Positions 1 through 10,249 of a stretch of 64,000 nucleotides of DNA are shown piece by piece. The stretch lies in the NCBI GenBank assembly GCA_036337945.1, contig JAYZDF010000029.1, positions 19,040 through 83,039 on the forward strand, in the 5' to 3' direction. The notes below the pieces were generated by a model that worked only from the letters and a program-made list of their open reading frames with translations, ran no database searches and was not told the DNA's origin. Both the position numbers and the translations under genes were made by a program. The DNA comes from Myxococcota bacterium (lineage in GTDB: Bacteria; Myxococcota; Kuafuiibacteriia; Kuafuiibacteriales; Kuafuiibacteriaceae). How positions within the stretch are numbered: position 1 is the stretch's first letter; each line of letters opens with the position of its first letter.

Positions 1-266
1 GAGGCTAAACAGGAAGCGGTCAAACACTCGCACCTGCCTATTTAGACACGTTGAGCTCTTTACGTGAACTAGAACCCTAGACAAAACGCCGAGGCAGTAG
101 TCAAAGAACCTACTTATAATCAAATGTAAGCAAACTAGATATAGGTGGCACCCTTCTTGACAGCACATCTGATAGGAGACAGTATGCTTACACCAAGCCC
201 AAACGGGGTATATAAACCCACACGAACGAGTTTCGGGCAAAACAGACAATAAAAAGGGATTATAAA

Positions 267-467
267 ATGGCGAATACTGACAAACGAAAGCAATCACTCT
301 ATTTCCCCGAGGAAATGCTCAAAGAAATTCAGGATGAAGCGAATCGACAAGATCGCTCATTATCGTGGATTGTTCAGCAGGCCTGGCGAATCGCTCGCTC
401 TGAAATTATGCGCTTCCCATCTGTAAATGACGTACTAGAAGCCGGCCAGAACAAAAACGACGGCTAG
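267..467 (+). CDS. small ribbon-helix-helix (CopG/Arc-like) DNA-binding protein
   Basis: A 66 aa ORF. A beta-strand-like stretch KQSLYFPEEML is followed by two helices (LKEIQDEANRQ, SLSWIVQQAWRIAR), the typical RHH layout. It sits alone after an AT-rich upstream region. Confidence 0.4.
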   Translation: MANTDKRKQSLYFPEEMLKEIQDEANRQDRSLSWIVQQAWRIARSEIMRFPSVNDVLEAGQNKNDG

Positions 468-660
468 CGCCGTATCAAAGCTACCAAATTCAAATCTAAT
501 TTTTTTCGGGATAACCTCGGTCATATGACCAGGCGATGGACTCGTGAGGCCTACTCGTCATGCGTCCCGCCTTCTAACCGCATAGAACCGTCTGCACTGG
601 ACTTTCCGCACCACAGATATTCTTACCGCGACTTGTGTTTACGAGCTTGAGACAGCGTTA

Positions 661-1551
661 CTAATTTCCTGCCAACTTAATCTCACCGACGTGCTCGAAA
701 GGTAGGGTCGCGAAATCGAGTTCAAGCTCGCCGGTAACTTTGTAGTTGATGAGCTTAGAGGACAGGAGCTCTTTCACTTCCTTTTTGCCGTAACTGCTTT
801 CATCGAGAACCGTCGTCAGTTCGTACTCTTTAGCACCTGATCCGACCACTCGAATGCCGATCGCAGCCTGTTCCGACTTAATCTCTTTGCCGTTCAGTTC
901 GAGGGTGTACTCGACCCCACCGATTGATACAGCAAATACGTTTTCATTGATGAGTCGCAAGAATAGGGAAACATCGATGCCCGCTTTTCCATAGCGAGCG
1001 GCTTGAGCGTCATGCACCACGAATTTTGGAATAGAGGGTGTAGCAACCTCACTTTGTCGACTAAAGTTAACTTTCGAACCGTCTTCGAGAGTGATGACTC
1101 CACTCAAGACAATGGGAAGGGTCCCCCGCTCAATCGCTGCCAAGTATGCTTTCGTTTCCTCTGGGAAAGGTATTTCTTGTCGAAAAGAGATCTCATGCTG
1201 TGCTCCTGGACCGAGCTGCTTCTTTGGCGTCATTGCGCCGGTAAGAACGCCTGCGATTTCTTTTGTATCGATACTGTAGTTGACTGCTTCGATCGACACT
1301 GGCGCGGACATTGGATTTTGTACGTTGAGGATGACTTCAACAGCTGTCTTACGTAGGCTGACTGCGACAGGCATAACCCGTTCAACCTCAATATTGACCG
1401 TTGAAGCCACTTTCGGTTTTTGTGGACCTGCGCAGGCAATAGCGCTGCCAAGTAGACAAAGTGTTAGTCCTTTTAATTTCATGGATATAATTCCTTTTTC
1501 CTTATTCACAGTTCTTGAGTTCTCTACATTGCGTTTCGGTACATTCGCCAT
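661..1551 (-). CDS. lipoprotein with tandem LEA_2/WHy-like (late embryogenesis abundant type 2) domains
   Basis: N-terminal signal/lipobox (LLGSAIAC). Two repeats show the LEA_2-like pattern: V..NPN-like core (ILNVQNPMSAPVSIEAVNYSI...G....PG..H.ISF). Domain assignment is by pattern only. Confidence 0.4.
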   Translation of the reverse strand: MANVPKRNVENSRTVNKEKGIISMKLKGLTLCLLGSAIACAGPQKPKVASTVNIEVERVMPVAVSLRKTAVEVILNVQNPMSAPVSIEAVNYSIDTKEIAGVLTGAMTPKKQLGPGAQHEISFRQEIPFPEETKAYLAAIERGTLPIVLSGVITLEDGSKVNFSRQSEVATPSIPKFVVHDAQAARYGKAGIDVSLFLRLINENVFAVSIGGVEYTLELNGKEIKSEQAAIGIRVVGSGAKEYELTTVLDESSYGKKEVKELLSSKLINYKVTGELELDFATLPFEHVGEIKLAGN

Positions 1552-2221
1552 CTGCGGTACCTACACAGGCATCACAGATCTGATACGTTTGTCCTGAAGT
1601 GTCAGTAAATTTTGTATAGCCATAGCCCGGAACCAGCGTAAAGCGAGCGATCGCTGAGCCTCTTTGGCTGCTCAGCTCTATTGCTGTCTTAGTCATTCCA
1701 TCATGGGTTACTGCAGTGGCATCCGTATTAATGACTGTCCATTGGTGGTCTTCCGCCATTCCATCTTTCGGTGTGGCATTGGTCTTGAATATCGACTCAG
1801 CAAATTCCACAGCCATCATATCCGCACCATATTGGAACTTGCCGACGAGTGGGAGCGGGTCCTCTGTGTATGAGCGAATTTCCGCCATTGTTCCTCGGCC
1901 ATCTTGCTCTCTCGCAATTCGCAACTCAGCTGGAGTCGAAACGTCGAAGTATTCCTCTCGCGCAGCATCACCGCTATCTGACAGCCATTCCCGTTCGTAA
2001 AGTGAGCGACCTGCTATCGCAGTTGTGTTCGGACCGCTGACGCTCATGTTTAGGTAAGTCCGAGTTCCACTTCGGCGATACCTCCAACAATTTCCATCTA
2101 CGAGGCCCATGAATTGCCGAATCTCGTCACCACTCGGTATCATTTCTTCCGGTGGTGCTGGGGGATCGCAAGCGAGAATGAAAACGCTCGCTAAGGTGAA
2201 AATCCTGTATACTTCCTTCAT
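1502..2221 (-). CDS. putative lipoprotein, Cys-rich C-terminus, function unknown
   Basis: N-terminal signal peptide with lipobox (FILAC). The C-terminal stretch ICDACVGTADGECTETQCRELKNCE is Cys-rich. It overlaps the upstream gene end by about 50 nt, so the true start may lie downstream. Confidence 0.3.
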   Translation of the reverse strand: MKEVYRIFTLASVFILACDPPAPPEEMIPSGDEIRQFMGLVDGNCWRYRRSGTRTYLNMSVSGPNTTAIAGRSLYEREWLSDSGDAAREEYFDVSTPAELRIAREQDGRGTMAEIRSYTEDPLPLVGKFQYGADMMAVEFAESIFKTNATPKDGMAEDHQWTVINTDATAVTHDGMTKTAIELSSQRGSAIARFTLVPGYGYTKFTDTSGQTYQICDACVGTADGECTETQCRELKNCE

Positions 2222-2304
2222 TGAGCCGGACTCTAGTGGAAATGTTCTGTAATGTGCAATGCTCTCTTCATTTGACAGGCTAAGTTCCTGCAGGCACAGC
2301 TAGT

Positions 2305-3159
2305 TTGTTCATGGTCGATGAGCAGAAAACAGCAAATGAAGAAGCGAGCGACGCGTGCAACGCGCAGGGCATCGCCGCTGCAGAGCGAAAGTGGTACAGT
2401 CAGGCGATCGAGTGCTTCGAAAAAGCTATCGAGCTCGACCCAAAATCAGCCCATGCCCATGACAACCTAGCATCAGTATACGGCGAACTCGGGCAGCTCG
2501 AACAAGCGATGAATCACTATCTTCAAGCCCTCAAAATCGACGGAGATAATCCTACCGCCCATTACAATTTGGCATGCTTTCTTGCGACATACGGAGAAAC
2601 ATTGGCCGTCGAGCAATTCCAGACGACGCTCGAACTGCAACCCGACTACCCAGATGCTCACGTGAACCTTGGTTTATGTCTCGTCGACAAAGGCGAACAT
2701 GAAGCAGCTCTGGATGCCTTCAAGAACGCTTATGCCCTCAATCCAGACGATATGGAGTGCCTTCAAGAACTGGCCGCAACGCTTATTGATTTGGGTGAAT
2801 ATGCCGAAGCGATCAGACACTTAAAGGCAGTCGTTAAAGCAAGTCCTAGTGACGTTGACGCATGGATAGACCTTGGAGTCGCACAATCCGAACAGGGTTT
2901 TTATGCGGAGGCCGAGACCGCCTTTCTTCAAGCCAAACAAAACGGTCCTGATGATATTCTGGCGCTTTATCACCTTGCCGCCCTCTACGCAGCTTGGGAA
3001 AGGCAAGAAGAAGCGATCGAAGAACTAAAGATCGCAGGAACGCTCGATCCTCTTCAGGTTCTTGAATGGGCAGAATCAGATCGAGTCTTCGACGAGATTC
3101 GTTCGACCCAACAATATGTTGCGTGGAGACACTCACTTCAACCTTCTGCACGAACCTAA
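2305..3159 (+). CDS. TPR-repeat protein
   Basis: Multiple 34-aa TPR-like repeats (A..Y..A...G....A...Y..AL..DP), e.g. AHDNLASVYGELGQLEQAMNHYLQALKIDGDNPTAHYNLA. Confidence 0.6.
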   Translation: MFMVDEQKTANEEASDACNAQGIAAAERKWYSQAIECFEKAIELDPKSAHAHDNLASVYGELGQLEQAMNHYLQALKIDGDNPTAHYNLACFLATYGETLAVEQFQTTLELQPDYPDAHVNLGLCLVDKGEHEAALDAFKNAYALNPDDMECLQELAATLIDLGEYAEAIRHLKAVVKASPSDVDAWIDLGVAQSEQGFYAEAETAFLQAKQNGPDDILALYHLAALYAAWERQEEAIEELKIAGTLDPLQVLEWAESDRVFDEIRSTQQYVAWRHSLQPSART

Positions 3160-3356
3160 TGCAGCGCATACCTCTGCCTGGTAAAAACCCTTGTCAAAGT
3201 GCGTCGATACATGTCAGAATCGACGCGTAATGACCCAAATATGCTCCTTCTGGCGCCGGTCTGAGTTTAGCGCCCTACATATTGTGGTATTAAATCGCAG
3301 CAACCCCAACAGAGTGTTGCAAACGTAATTTGTGAAAGGTACACGAGCGTCTCCGA

Positions 3357-6300
3357 ATGAAAATCAAGCGACTAGAAATCCATGGCTTTAAGAGCTTCGC
3401 CGACAGAACCGTTCTGAATTTTGGCGAAGGGATCACAGGCGTTCTTGGCCCGAATGGATGCGGCAAATCGAATATCGTTGATGCACTGCGTTGGTGCATG
3501 GGCGAACAATCCGCAAAGCACCTAAGGGGTGGCGCGATGGACGACGTCATTTTCGCTGGGTCGGAATCCAGAGGCCCTATGGGAATGGCAGAGGTTACTA
3601 TCGCATTTAAAAACGATGGCACGAACTGCCCTCCGGAGTACAAGGAGCTGTCGGAAATTAGCATTACCCGTCAACTTTTCCGTGATGGCACGTCTAACTA
3701 CATGGTCAATAAGCTCCCGGCACGCCTTCGAGATATCAATGAATTGTTTCTAGGAACAGGTATCGGTCGGAATTCATACGCGATCATCGAGCAGGGACGA
3801 ATTGGTCTGGTTGTAACATCGAAGCCAGACGACCGGCGCGCACTCATTGAGGATGCCGCAGGTATCTCGAAATATAAACTCAGGCGACGGCAAGCAGAAC
3901 GTAAACTTGATGCTACTCACCAAAATCTTCTTCGCGTCACAGACATTATTACCGAACTCAAGAAGCGGATAGGAACGCTAGAGCGACAAGCAAAAAAAGC
4001 CGAAAAATACAAAGCCATCAAGACAGAGCTTCGAGAACTTGAGCTGTGCGCGGCAGTACATCGCCATCTTGAGCTATCGTCACTTTCAGGACTTTCTCGG
4101 ATCATCGTAAATGACAAGAAACAAGAGATAGGTGATCAAGAAGAGTATATTCTCAGCGAGGAACTTCGCATCGATGAGGCCAAAGATAAGCTCGCCGAGG
4201 AAGAAGAAGAGCTCCGAGCGACAGAATCACGGCTTCGTGAACTAGAGCAGAGCTTGGCCGTCGGAGAAAAAAACGTAGAGCACCTCGAGCGAGAACTTAC
4301 CGGTCTCGAAGCACGACTTGTGGAAGCCAAGGCGGAACGTTCTTCTCTGGAAAATCAGGTCATAGATGCCAGAACCGAACGAGAAGAACTGTCTGAAGTC
4401 GCAGACAAACTCGAGAACAGCGAAGGTAACGAAGCGCAGGAACTTGAGCAAAAAGTGGATGAGCTTGCCGCTCTAGAAAAGGAAATCAGCGATCTCGATT
4501 CAAATCTCGAAGCCCAAAAGCACCAATTGATCAGGTGTCTTACCGAGATTGCTCAAAACGAGAAAGACCTCGAAAACAATATTTCAAAGCTCAGAAGCTT
4601 CGACGAGCGCTTAGAAAAACTATCGGCAGAGAAATCCGAATTGAGTAAATTATCGCTCGACGTCTCGAAAGATCTCGAAACGACCACCAAAAAACTAGAC
4701 CAAAACCGGCAGCTTATTTTTTCAATTGATGGTCAAAAAGAAGCACAACAAGCGCAGCTGCATAAAGATCAGACTGATTACGCGGAGAACGAAAAAGAAC
4801 TTCGCGCGCAGCTCGAAGAAATGATGGACCACCGCTCGCGGTTGAACTCACTTCAGACCATTCGAGCAAATTACGAAGGGTGCGCAGACGGCGTTCGCGC
4901 GGTCATGCAGCGTAGACAAGAAGAAACGGAAGTTGAGAAACTTCACGGCCTAGTTGCCGATGTACTCACAACCGAACAGCGGTTCGAGACCGCAATCGAA
5001 GCGGTTCTTGGAGAGCGACTTCAGTACGTTATTGTTGATACGCAGTCGGATGGCGTCGAATCCATCGGTTATCTTCGGGAGGCCAGCCAAGGCCGCTCAA
5101 GCTTTATTCCTCTCGACCTTCGAGAGGACCACGTATCCTGGGCGCCTCGCAATTCGAGTCGACCACCTGGTGAATCGATAAGTGACCGCCCTCCCCCTGA
5201 GGAAATACAACAAGCAGCGCTTGAAGCACAGGCCGCTCTGCTCGAAAAGCCGAAGACAGATGTAGCGACAAGCATTCCTTCTTTACTGCCTCACCCCGAA
5301 GCCATTTGGGATGAGGAAATCGACATATGGCCCAACCTAGAAGCCGATGGAGTCTGCGGGAAGATGGTCGACCTTGTAGAGGCCAAACCTGGATTTGAAC
5401 AAGTGGCGCGAGTACTACTGGGAGATGTTGTTATTGTCGACGATCTCGAGAGCGCGCAAAACCTATGGCTGAGTAACGGACACAGAAAAACACTAGTAAC
5501 ACTCGATGGGATTGTCCTTGATCCCGTAGGAGTAATCACTGGCGGCTCGACCGACGGTATCTCCACGGGAATGATGGCACAAAAGCGAGAAATCGAAGAA
5601 CTCGTCGCTCGAATCCAAGAGCTGGAGACCGGAACGAGTATAAGACAGACTAAACAAGCAAAGCTTAAATCGAAAATAAGCAAAACCGAAGCTTCGTTGA
5701 AGCAGCTATCTCGAACTAAGCATGAAGAAGAACTCGCATTCGTTAGGCTCGAAAAAGATCAAAAGCTTCACCGTGACGCACTAGATATGCACAAGCGTTC
5801 TGTTGAGAAAATTCAAGACGAACGAGACGGCATAGAATCGAAACGAAAAGAATGCGCAGAAGAGCTAGAGCTCGCCAACTCAAGGGCTGAAACACTAGCG
5901 GAAGCCCGGCAGGATGCAGAAACAAAAATTCAGTCTGCGACCGACGAGTTCGCGAAGTCGAAAACTCGTGCACAACTACTTGCAGATCTCGTAACGGAAC
6001 TGAAAGTCACCGTTGCAGCGAATACTGAAAAACGTGAAAACTCACGACGAAGCGTAAGCAGGATTGATGCCCTCATCCGAGAACTTTCGGCGCGCATAGA
6101 AAGGCTCGGCAGCAACGTGGAGTCAGGAAAATCAGAAGCTGAAACTCTAAAAGAGACCATCAAAGAGGCCTATTCACAGGGAACCGAAACAACAGGCCTC
6201 GCCGAAACGCAAAAAGAAAAATACGAACTCTCTGCGAAAGCGTACAAGGAACATTCCGCCAAAGTCCGCGAAGAAGAAAACGAAATCCGAACGAAACGTT

Positions 6301-7133
6301 CCGCGATCGACACGCTGAAAGATGCAATGAACGACGCAAACATTAAGTTACGTGAGTACGAAGTTTCGCTGGAAGCACTCCACGATCAAATCTTTGACCG
6401 TTACCAATTAGAGGTAATGGATATAGTCCACGATTATCATCTATCTCCTCGGCAAAGCGAAGAAGCGCAAAAGCATCGCGAAGAACTCCGGAAAAAGATT
6501 GAAAAAATGGGCGAAATCAATCTTACGGCAATTCGAGAATTTGAAGAAGTCAAAGAGCGCTACGATTTCTTGTATGCGCAGGAACAAGACTTACAAGATG
6601 CGATATCTCAACTTAGAGCCGCGATTAAGAAAATTGACGTCACGAGCAAAGACCGGTTCCTCAAGGCGTTCGATTTGGTTAAAGAAAAGTTTGAGCTTGT
6701 TTTCCCACGGCTGTTCAACGGAGGAAGAGCAACACTTCTCATCACGGACCCGAGTAATCCACTAGAATCCGGGATTGAGATGATGGCCCAACCACCAGGT
6801 AAGAAACTACAAACTGTAAATCTTCTGTCTGGTGGAGAAAAAGCGTTAACTGCTATTTCTCTAATCTTCAGTATCTTCCTGATCAAACCAACACCGTTCT
6901 GCTTATTGGACGAGGTTGACGCGCCACTTGATGACGCGAATGTGGGGCGATACAACGAGATGGTCAAAGATATGGCTCAGCTGTCCCAATTTATTTTGAT
7001 CACGCACAACAAGCGTACAATGGAAATTCCTGATCGGCTCTACGGTGTAACGATGGAAGAACCTGGAATTTCTAAGCTTGTTGGTGTCGACCTCAAGCGC
7101 AAACAAAAACCAGCCGTAAAGGCGGCGTCATAG
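3357..7133 (+). CDS. smc: chromosome segregation protein SMC
   Basis: N-terminal Walker A (GPNGCGKSNIVDALRWCMGEQSAKHLR), long coiled coils, a hinge, and the C-terminal ABC signature LSGGEKALTAISLIFSIF plus Walker B LLDEVDAPLD. Length is 1258 aa. Confidence 0.9.
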   Translation: MKIKRLEIHGFKSFADRTVLNFGEGITGVLGPNGCGKSNIVDALRWCMGEQSAKHLRGGAMDDVIFAGSESRGPMGMAEVTIAFKNDGTNCPPEYKELSEISITRQLFRDGTSNYMVNKLPARLRDINELFLGTGIGRNSYAIIEQGRIGLVVTSKPDDRRALIEDAAGISKYKLRRRQAERKLDATHQNLLRVTDIITELKKRIGTLERQAKKAEKYKAIKTELRELELCAAVHRHLELSSLSGLSRIIVNDKKQEIGDQEEYILSEELRIDEAKDKLAEEEEELRATESRLRELEQSLAVGEKNVEHLERELTGLEARLVEAKAERSSLENQVIDARTEREELSEVADKLENSEGNEAQELEQKVDELAALEKEISDLDSNLEAQKHQLIRCLTEIAQNEKDLENNISKLRSFDERLEKLSAEKSELSKLSLDVSKDLETTTKKLDQNRQLIFSIDGQKEAQQAQLHKDQTDYAENEKELRAQLEEMMDHRSRLNSLQTIRANYEGCADGVRAVMQRRQEETEVEKLHGLVADVLTTEQRFETAIEAVLGERLQYVIVDTQSDGVESIGYLREASQGRSSFIPLDLREDHVSWAPRNSSRPPGESISDRPPPEEIQQAALEAQAALLEKPKTDVATSIPSLLPHPEAIWDEEIDIWPNLEADGVCGKMVDLVEAKPGFEQVARVLLGDVVIVDDLESAQNLWLSNGHRKTLVTLDGIVLDPVGVITGGSTDGISTGMMAQKREIEELVARIQELETGTSIRQTKQAKLKSKISKTEASLKQLSRTKHEEELAFVRLEKDQKLHRDALDMHKRSVEKIQDERDGIESKRKECAEELELANSRAETLAEARQDAETKIQSATDEFAKSKTRAQLLADLVTELKVTVAANTEKRENSRRSVSRIDALIRELSARIERLGSNVESGKSEAETLKETIKEAYSQGTETTGLAETQKEKYELSAKAYKEHSAKVREEENEIRTKRSAIDTLKDAMNDANIKLREYEVSLEALHDQIFDRYQLEVMDIVHDYHLSPRQSEEAQKHREELRKKIEKMGEINLTAIREFEEVKERYDFLYAQEQDLQDAISQLRAAIKKIDVTSKDRFLKAFDLVKEKFELVFPRLFNGGRATLLITDPSNPLESGIEMMAQPPGKKLQTVNLLSGGEKALTAISLIFSIFLIKPTPFCLLDEVDAPLDDANVGRYNEMVKDMAQLSQFILITHNKRTMEIPDRLYGVTMEEPGISKLVGVDLKRKQKPAVKAAS

Positions 7134-7142
7134 TCGATAGTT

Positions 7143-8603
7143 TTAGAGGTAGTTTTCTAACTCCTTCTTGTATTTGTTCATTACTCTCCTGAAATTCGAG
7201 CGGTCCAGACCGGCCTTGCGAGCAGCCTCAGAGATATTCCCCCCTGCCCCCCTCAATAAACCACTGACATATTCTAATTCGAAACGTCGAACTGCTTTCT
7301 TTTTAGCGTCTGCAAAATTCAGCCCCAAATCAACTCCATGGCCAGAAGGAGGCGGCGGCGGGATTGACATCGCGACGGAGTTTCCTGTTTGTTCACGGAA
7401 TGACGTGGACAAGTCTTGCAGTTTCACAGAAGAGCCTTTCGCGAGAACAACAGCGGCCTCAATGACATTTTCAAGCTCGCGAACATTACCAGGCCAATCG
7501 TATTCAACAAATGCAGTCATGACCTCGGATTCAAAGTCATGTAGTTCCTTTGAAGACCGTTCACTATATTTGGCGAGAAAATGCTTCGCTAACAGAGGAA
7601 TATCTGACTTCCTCTTTCTCAATGGAGGCAACTGTAGAGGTATGACATTTAGTCGGTAATACAGGTCATTTCTAAAAGAGCCATCTTCCACAGACGACAA
7701 TAAATCAACATTTGTTGCAGCAATCACTCGCACATCAACTTTCCGTGGAGCGCTCTCTCCTACTCTGGTAATTTCTGCTTCTTGCAAAACGCGAAGTAAG
7801 CGAATCTGGGCCGATGACGTCATCTCGCCGATTTCGTCCAGAAATATGGTGCCGCCGTTAGCTGCTTCGAAATGTCCTATTCGAGTTTGATTCGCACCCG
7901 TAAAAGCGCCCTTCACATGACCAAAGAGTTCAGACTCCAATAGCGCCTCGGGAATAGCGCCACAATGAACAGGAATCATTGGCCCTTCATTCCGCTGACT
8001 TCTTCGATGTATTGCCCGAGCGATGAGTTCTTTACCTGTTCCTGATTCTCCTTGAATCAGAACAGATGCGTCAGAAGGTGCAACGCTCTCAATAATATCA
8101 AAAACCTGGTTCATTGCTGACGAACGACCTATGAGGTCTTCGAACTTTTCAGACATTGCAACGTGGCGTTCTAAGAAGTCATTTCGAAGACGAAGATTGT
8201 AGCGGTCAAGCGAGTTACGAACCGAGTTTTCTACATAGGCGTCGCTTTCGAAAGGACGTTTGAGCCAGGTGAAAGGAGGTTTACGAGACGAAGTGCCACC
8301 ACCATCTAGCGAAGATGAGAGCATAATAACTTCGGCTTGAGGTGACACTTCATCAAAATATCGACACAACATCTGACCGTTCATCGATTCTAAATCCTCG
8401 GAAAATATGGCCAACTGAAAATCACTCGCTGCAGCTCTTCCTATCGCCTCCGAAGCGCTTTGGCATTTCACAGCATCGCAATTAGCCTTTTCAACAATCT
8501 CTGTGAGCCGGTTCAATTCCGTCAAATCATTACTGACAATTAGAGCGCGGTGTTTTTTCGCGACTGCATTCACGAAAAACGAGGGACGCGGAGCATTAGA
8601 CAC
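7143..8603 (-). CDS. sigma-54-dependent Fis-family response regulator (NtrC-like)
   Basis: N-terminal receiver-like domain. The AAA+ sigma-54 activator domain carries GESGTGKE, ESELFGH (GAFTGA loop present: KGAFTGA) and a C-terminal HTH (NISEAARKAGLDRSNFRRVMNKY). Its stop overlaps the start of the upstream histidine kinase by 8 nt. Confidence 0.85.
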   Translation of the reverse strand: MSNAPRPSFFVNAVAKKHRALIVSNDLTELNRLTEIVEKANCDAVKCQSASEAIGRAAASDFQLAIFSEDLESMNGQMLCRYFDEVSPQAEVIMLSSSLDGGGTSSRKPPFTWLKRPFESDAYVENSVRNSLDRYNLRLRNDFLERHVAMSEKFEDLIGRSSAMNQVFDIIESVAPSDASVLIQGESGTGKELIARAIHRRSQRNEGPMIPVHCGAIPEALLESELFGHVKGAFTGANQTRIGHFEAANGGTIFLDEIGEMTSSAQIRLLRVLQEAEITRVGESAPRKVDVRVIAATNVDLLSSVEDGSFRNDLYYRLNVIPLQLPPLRKRKSDIPLLAKHFLAKYSERSSKELHDFESEVMTAFVEYDWPGNVRELENVIEAAVVLAKGSSVKLQDLSTSFREQTGNSVAMSIPPPPPSGHGVDLGLNFADAKKKAVRRFELEYVSGLLRGAGGNISEAARKAGLDRSNFRRVMNKYKKELENYL

Positions 8604-10239
8604 GGGCCTCCTCCAGATCAGCTAAGCGGAACTTACCGGTTGCCTCGCCAACTGGAAGTTCGATTATGAAACGAGTTCCCTCTCCGACTTCTGACTCTAC
8701 CGATATCTTCCCTCGATGCTTCGTCACAATCTGATGGCAAATCGACAATCCTAGACCACTCCCTAATTTATTCTCACTTTTGGTCGTAAAGAATGGTTCA
8801 AACAAATGTCTTAGATTCTGTTTACTGATTCCTGAACCATTATCCTGAATTATGACCGTAACAAACGAGCGGTTCGTCTCGTCATTTTTCGAACCCTCAC
8901 GAATCTTGATTTGAATAAGTCCCTCTGATTTCGGAAGCGAGTGATATGCGTTTTGTAATAAATTGCGAAAAAGTTGATGGAGGAGCGCAACATCACCCCG
9001 TATGGGAGTGAGATTCTCATCGATCTCACAATCTATCTGTGCAGTGGTGCCATAATCGCGAATAAAAATACGAACGACTTCTTCTACGATTTCATCCACC
9101 TGAATAGATTCTTTGTGAAGTTTCGCAGAACCATGAACGAAAGAACGAAGAGAATCGATAATGCGGCGACATCGATCAGCACTCACCTCAATGTCATGCA
9201 GCACCTCAAGACCATCGTCGTTATCTACCAACTCTTCACGAAGTGATTCCGTCAGGAGCTTGATCGATGCCAGCGGGGAATTGACCTCGTGAGCCACTCC
9301 ACCGACAAACAAGCCTAAAGAAGCAAGCTTCTCGCTTTGGTGTAATTTCGCCTCTAGTTCTCTTTCCTCGGTAACATCGCGGTAATAACAGACGAAACTG
9401 TCTTTCTCGACATACCTTTCATCGGGATCACTGATAGGCATCGGATATGACCAAACATGAAGCATTCTGTTATGTCTGGCTTCAATATCTACACCCCGCG
9501 CAGAGCTATCTCCCTGCGTCATTGGGCACTTTTCACATGGTTCAGAAGTTCCCGCGACTAACTCAAAGCATTTCTTGCCGGGAACCTGACTTACAGGAAG
9601 TTGCGAATGATCTGCATAAGCCAAGTTGGCCCGAAGCACCTCGTGTTCGGAGGAAATAATCGCTACAGGATCAACAATGGCATCAAAGGTTCTTTCCCAG
9701 ACGACCTTCGCATTGAGTAATTGTTGCGTTCGATGGGCGATCTTTGCGTCCACCGAGTGACTCATGTTTTCTAGTTGCTGAGCCTGGGAATGAGCTAATT
9801 TGCGAAGTTCTATGTTTTCGCGACGTAATTCAAAACGCTGAAACGCTGCTAATAGTTGTTCGTTCAGGTCGTGCCTCGTCCAAGGCGTATTCAAAATTCC
9901 GTACGTCGGTTCGAAGGCAGACAGAGTGGGCAAGTCTGACGCGCTGCACATCAGCAGACCCTGCGTGGTCGGCCAGTCGTTATGAACGACCTCTAAAAAC
10001 TCAATGCCACTCTCGTGCCCTAGGTCAAGGCCGCAAAGAACCACACCAATGCTCTGAAGCTCTAGTAGTTCTTTCGCGGTTCGAGCGGAATCTGTGACTA
10101 TCATCTCGAACTTGCGCTGATTAAGATCAGATTCCAAGGATCGTAAGACCTTTTTATCTCGATGAACAACTAGCAAGCTCGCCGCAGGTAAAGCATTCAA
10201 CGACTCGAAAGGTTTGGATTTTCGTTCTAAGTTGCCCAA
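8596..10239 (-). CDS. sensor histidine kinase with N-terminal receiver-like domain and PAS domain
   Basis: H-box (HEVNSPLASI), N/G boxes (LLQNAYHS; DNGSGI; GSGLGLSICHQIV) and an N-terminal REC-like segment. It is co-oriented with and overlaps the NtrC-like regulator. Confidence 0.8.
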   Translation of the reverse strand: MGNLERKSKPFESLNALPAASLLVVHRDKKVLRSLESDLNQRKFEMIVTDSARTAKELLELQSIGVVLCGLDLGHESGIEFLEVVHNDWPTTQGLLMCSASDLPTLSAFEPTYGILNTPWTRHDLNEQLLAAFQRFELRRENIELRKLAHSQAQQLENMSHSVDAKIAHRTQQLLNAKVVWERTFDAIVDPVAIISSEHEVLRANLAYADHSQLPVSQVPGKKCFELVAGTSEPCEKCPMTQGDSSARGVDIEARHNRMLHVWSYPMPISDPDERYVEKDSFVCYYRDVTEERELEAKLHQSEKLASLGLFVGGVAHEVNSPLASIKLLTESLREELVDNDDGLEVLHDIEVSADRCRRIIDSLRSFVHGSAKLHKESIQVDEIVEEVVRIFIRDYGTTAQIDCEIDENLTPIRGDVALLHQLFRNLLQNAYHSLPKSEGLIQIKIREGSKNDETNRSFVTVIIQDNGSGISKQNLRHLFEPFFTTKSENKLGSGLGLSICHQIVTKHRGKISVESEVGEGTRFIIELPVGEATGKFRLADLEEARV

Positions 10240-10249
10240 GCGGGTCTAA

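Noticed and set aside
894-1597. Nested ORFs (69-117 aa) on both strands inside the LEA_2-like lipoprotein gene
   Set aside because: They are fully contained in a longer ORF with a coherent domain structure and signal peptide. They have no RBS or domain support.
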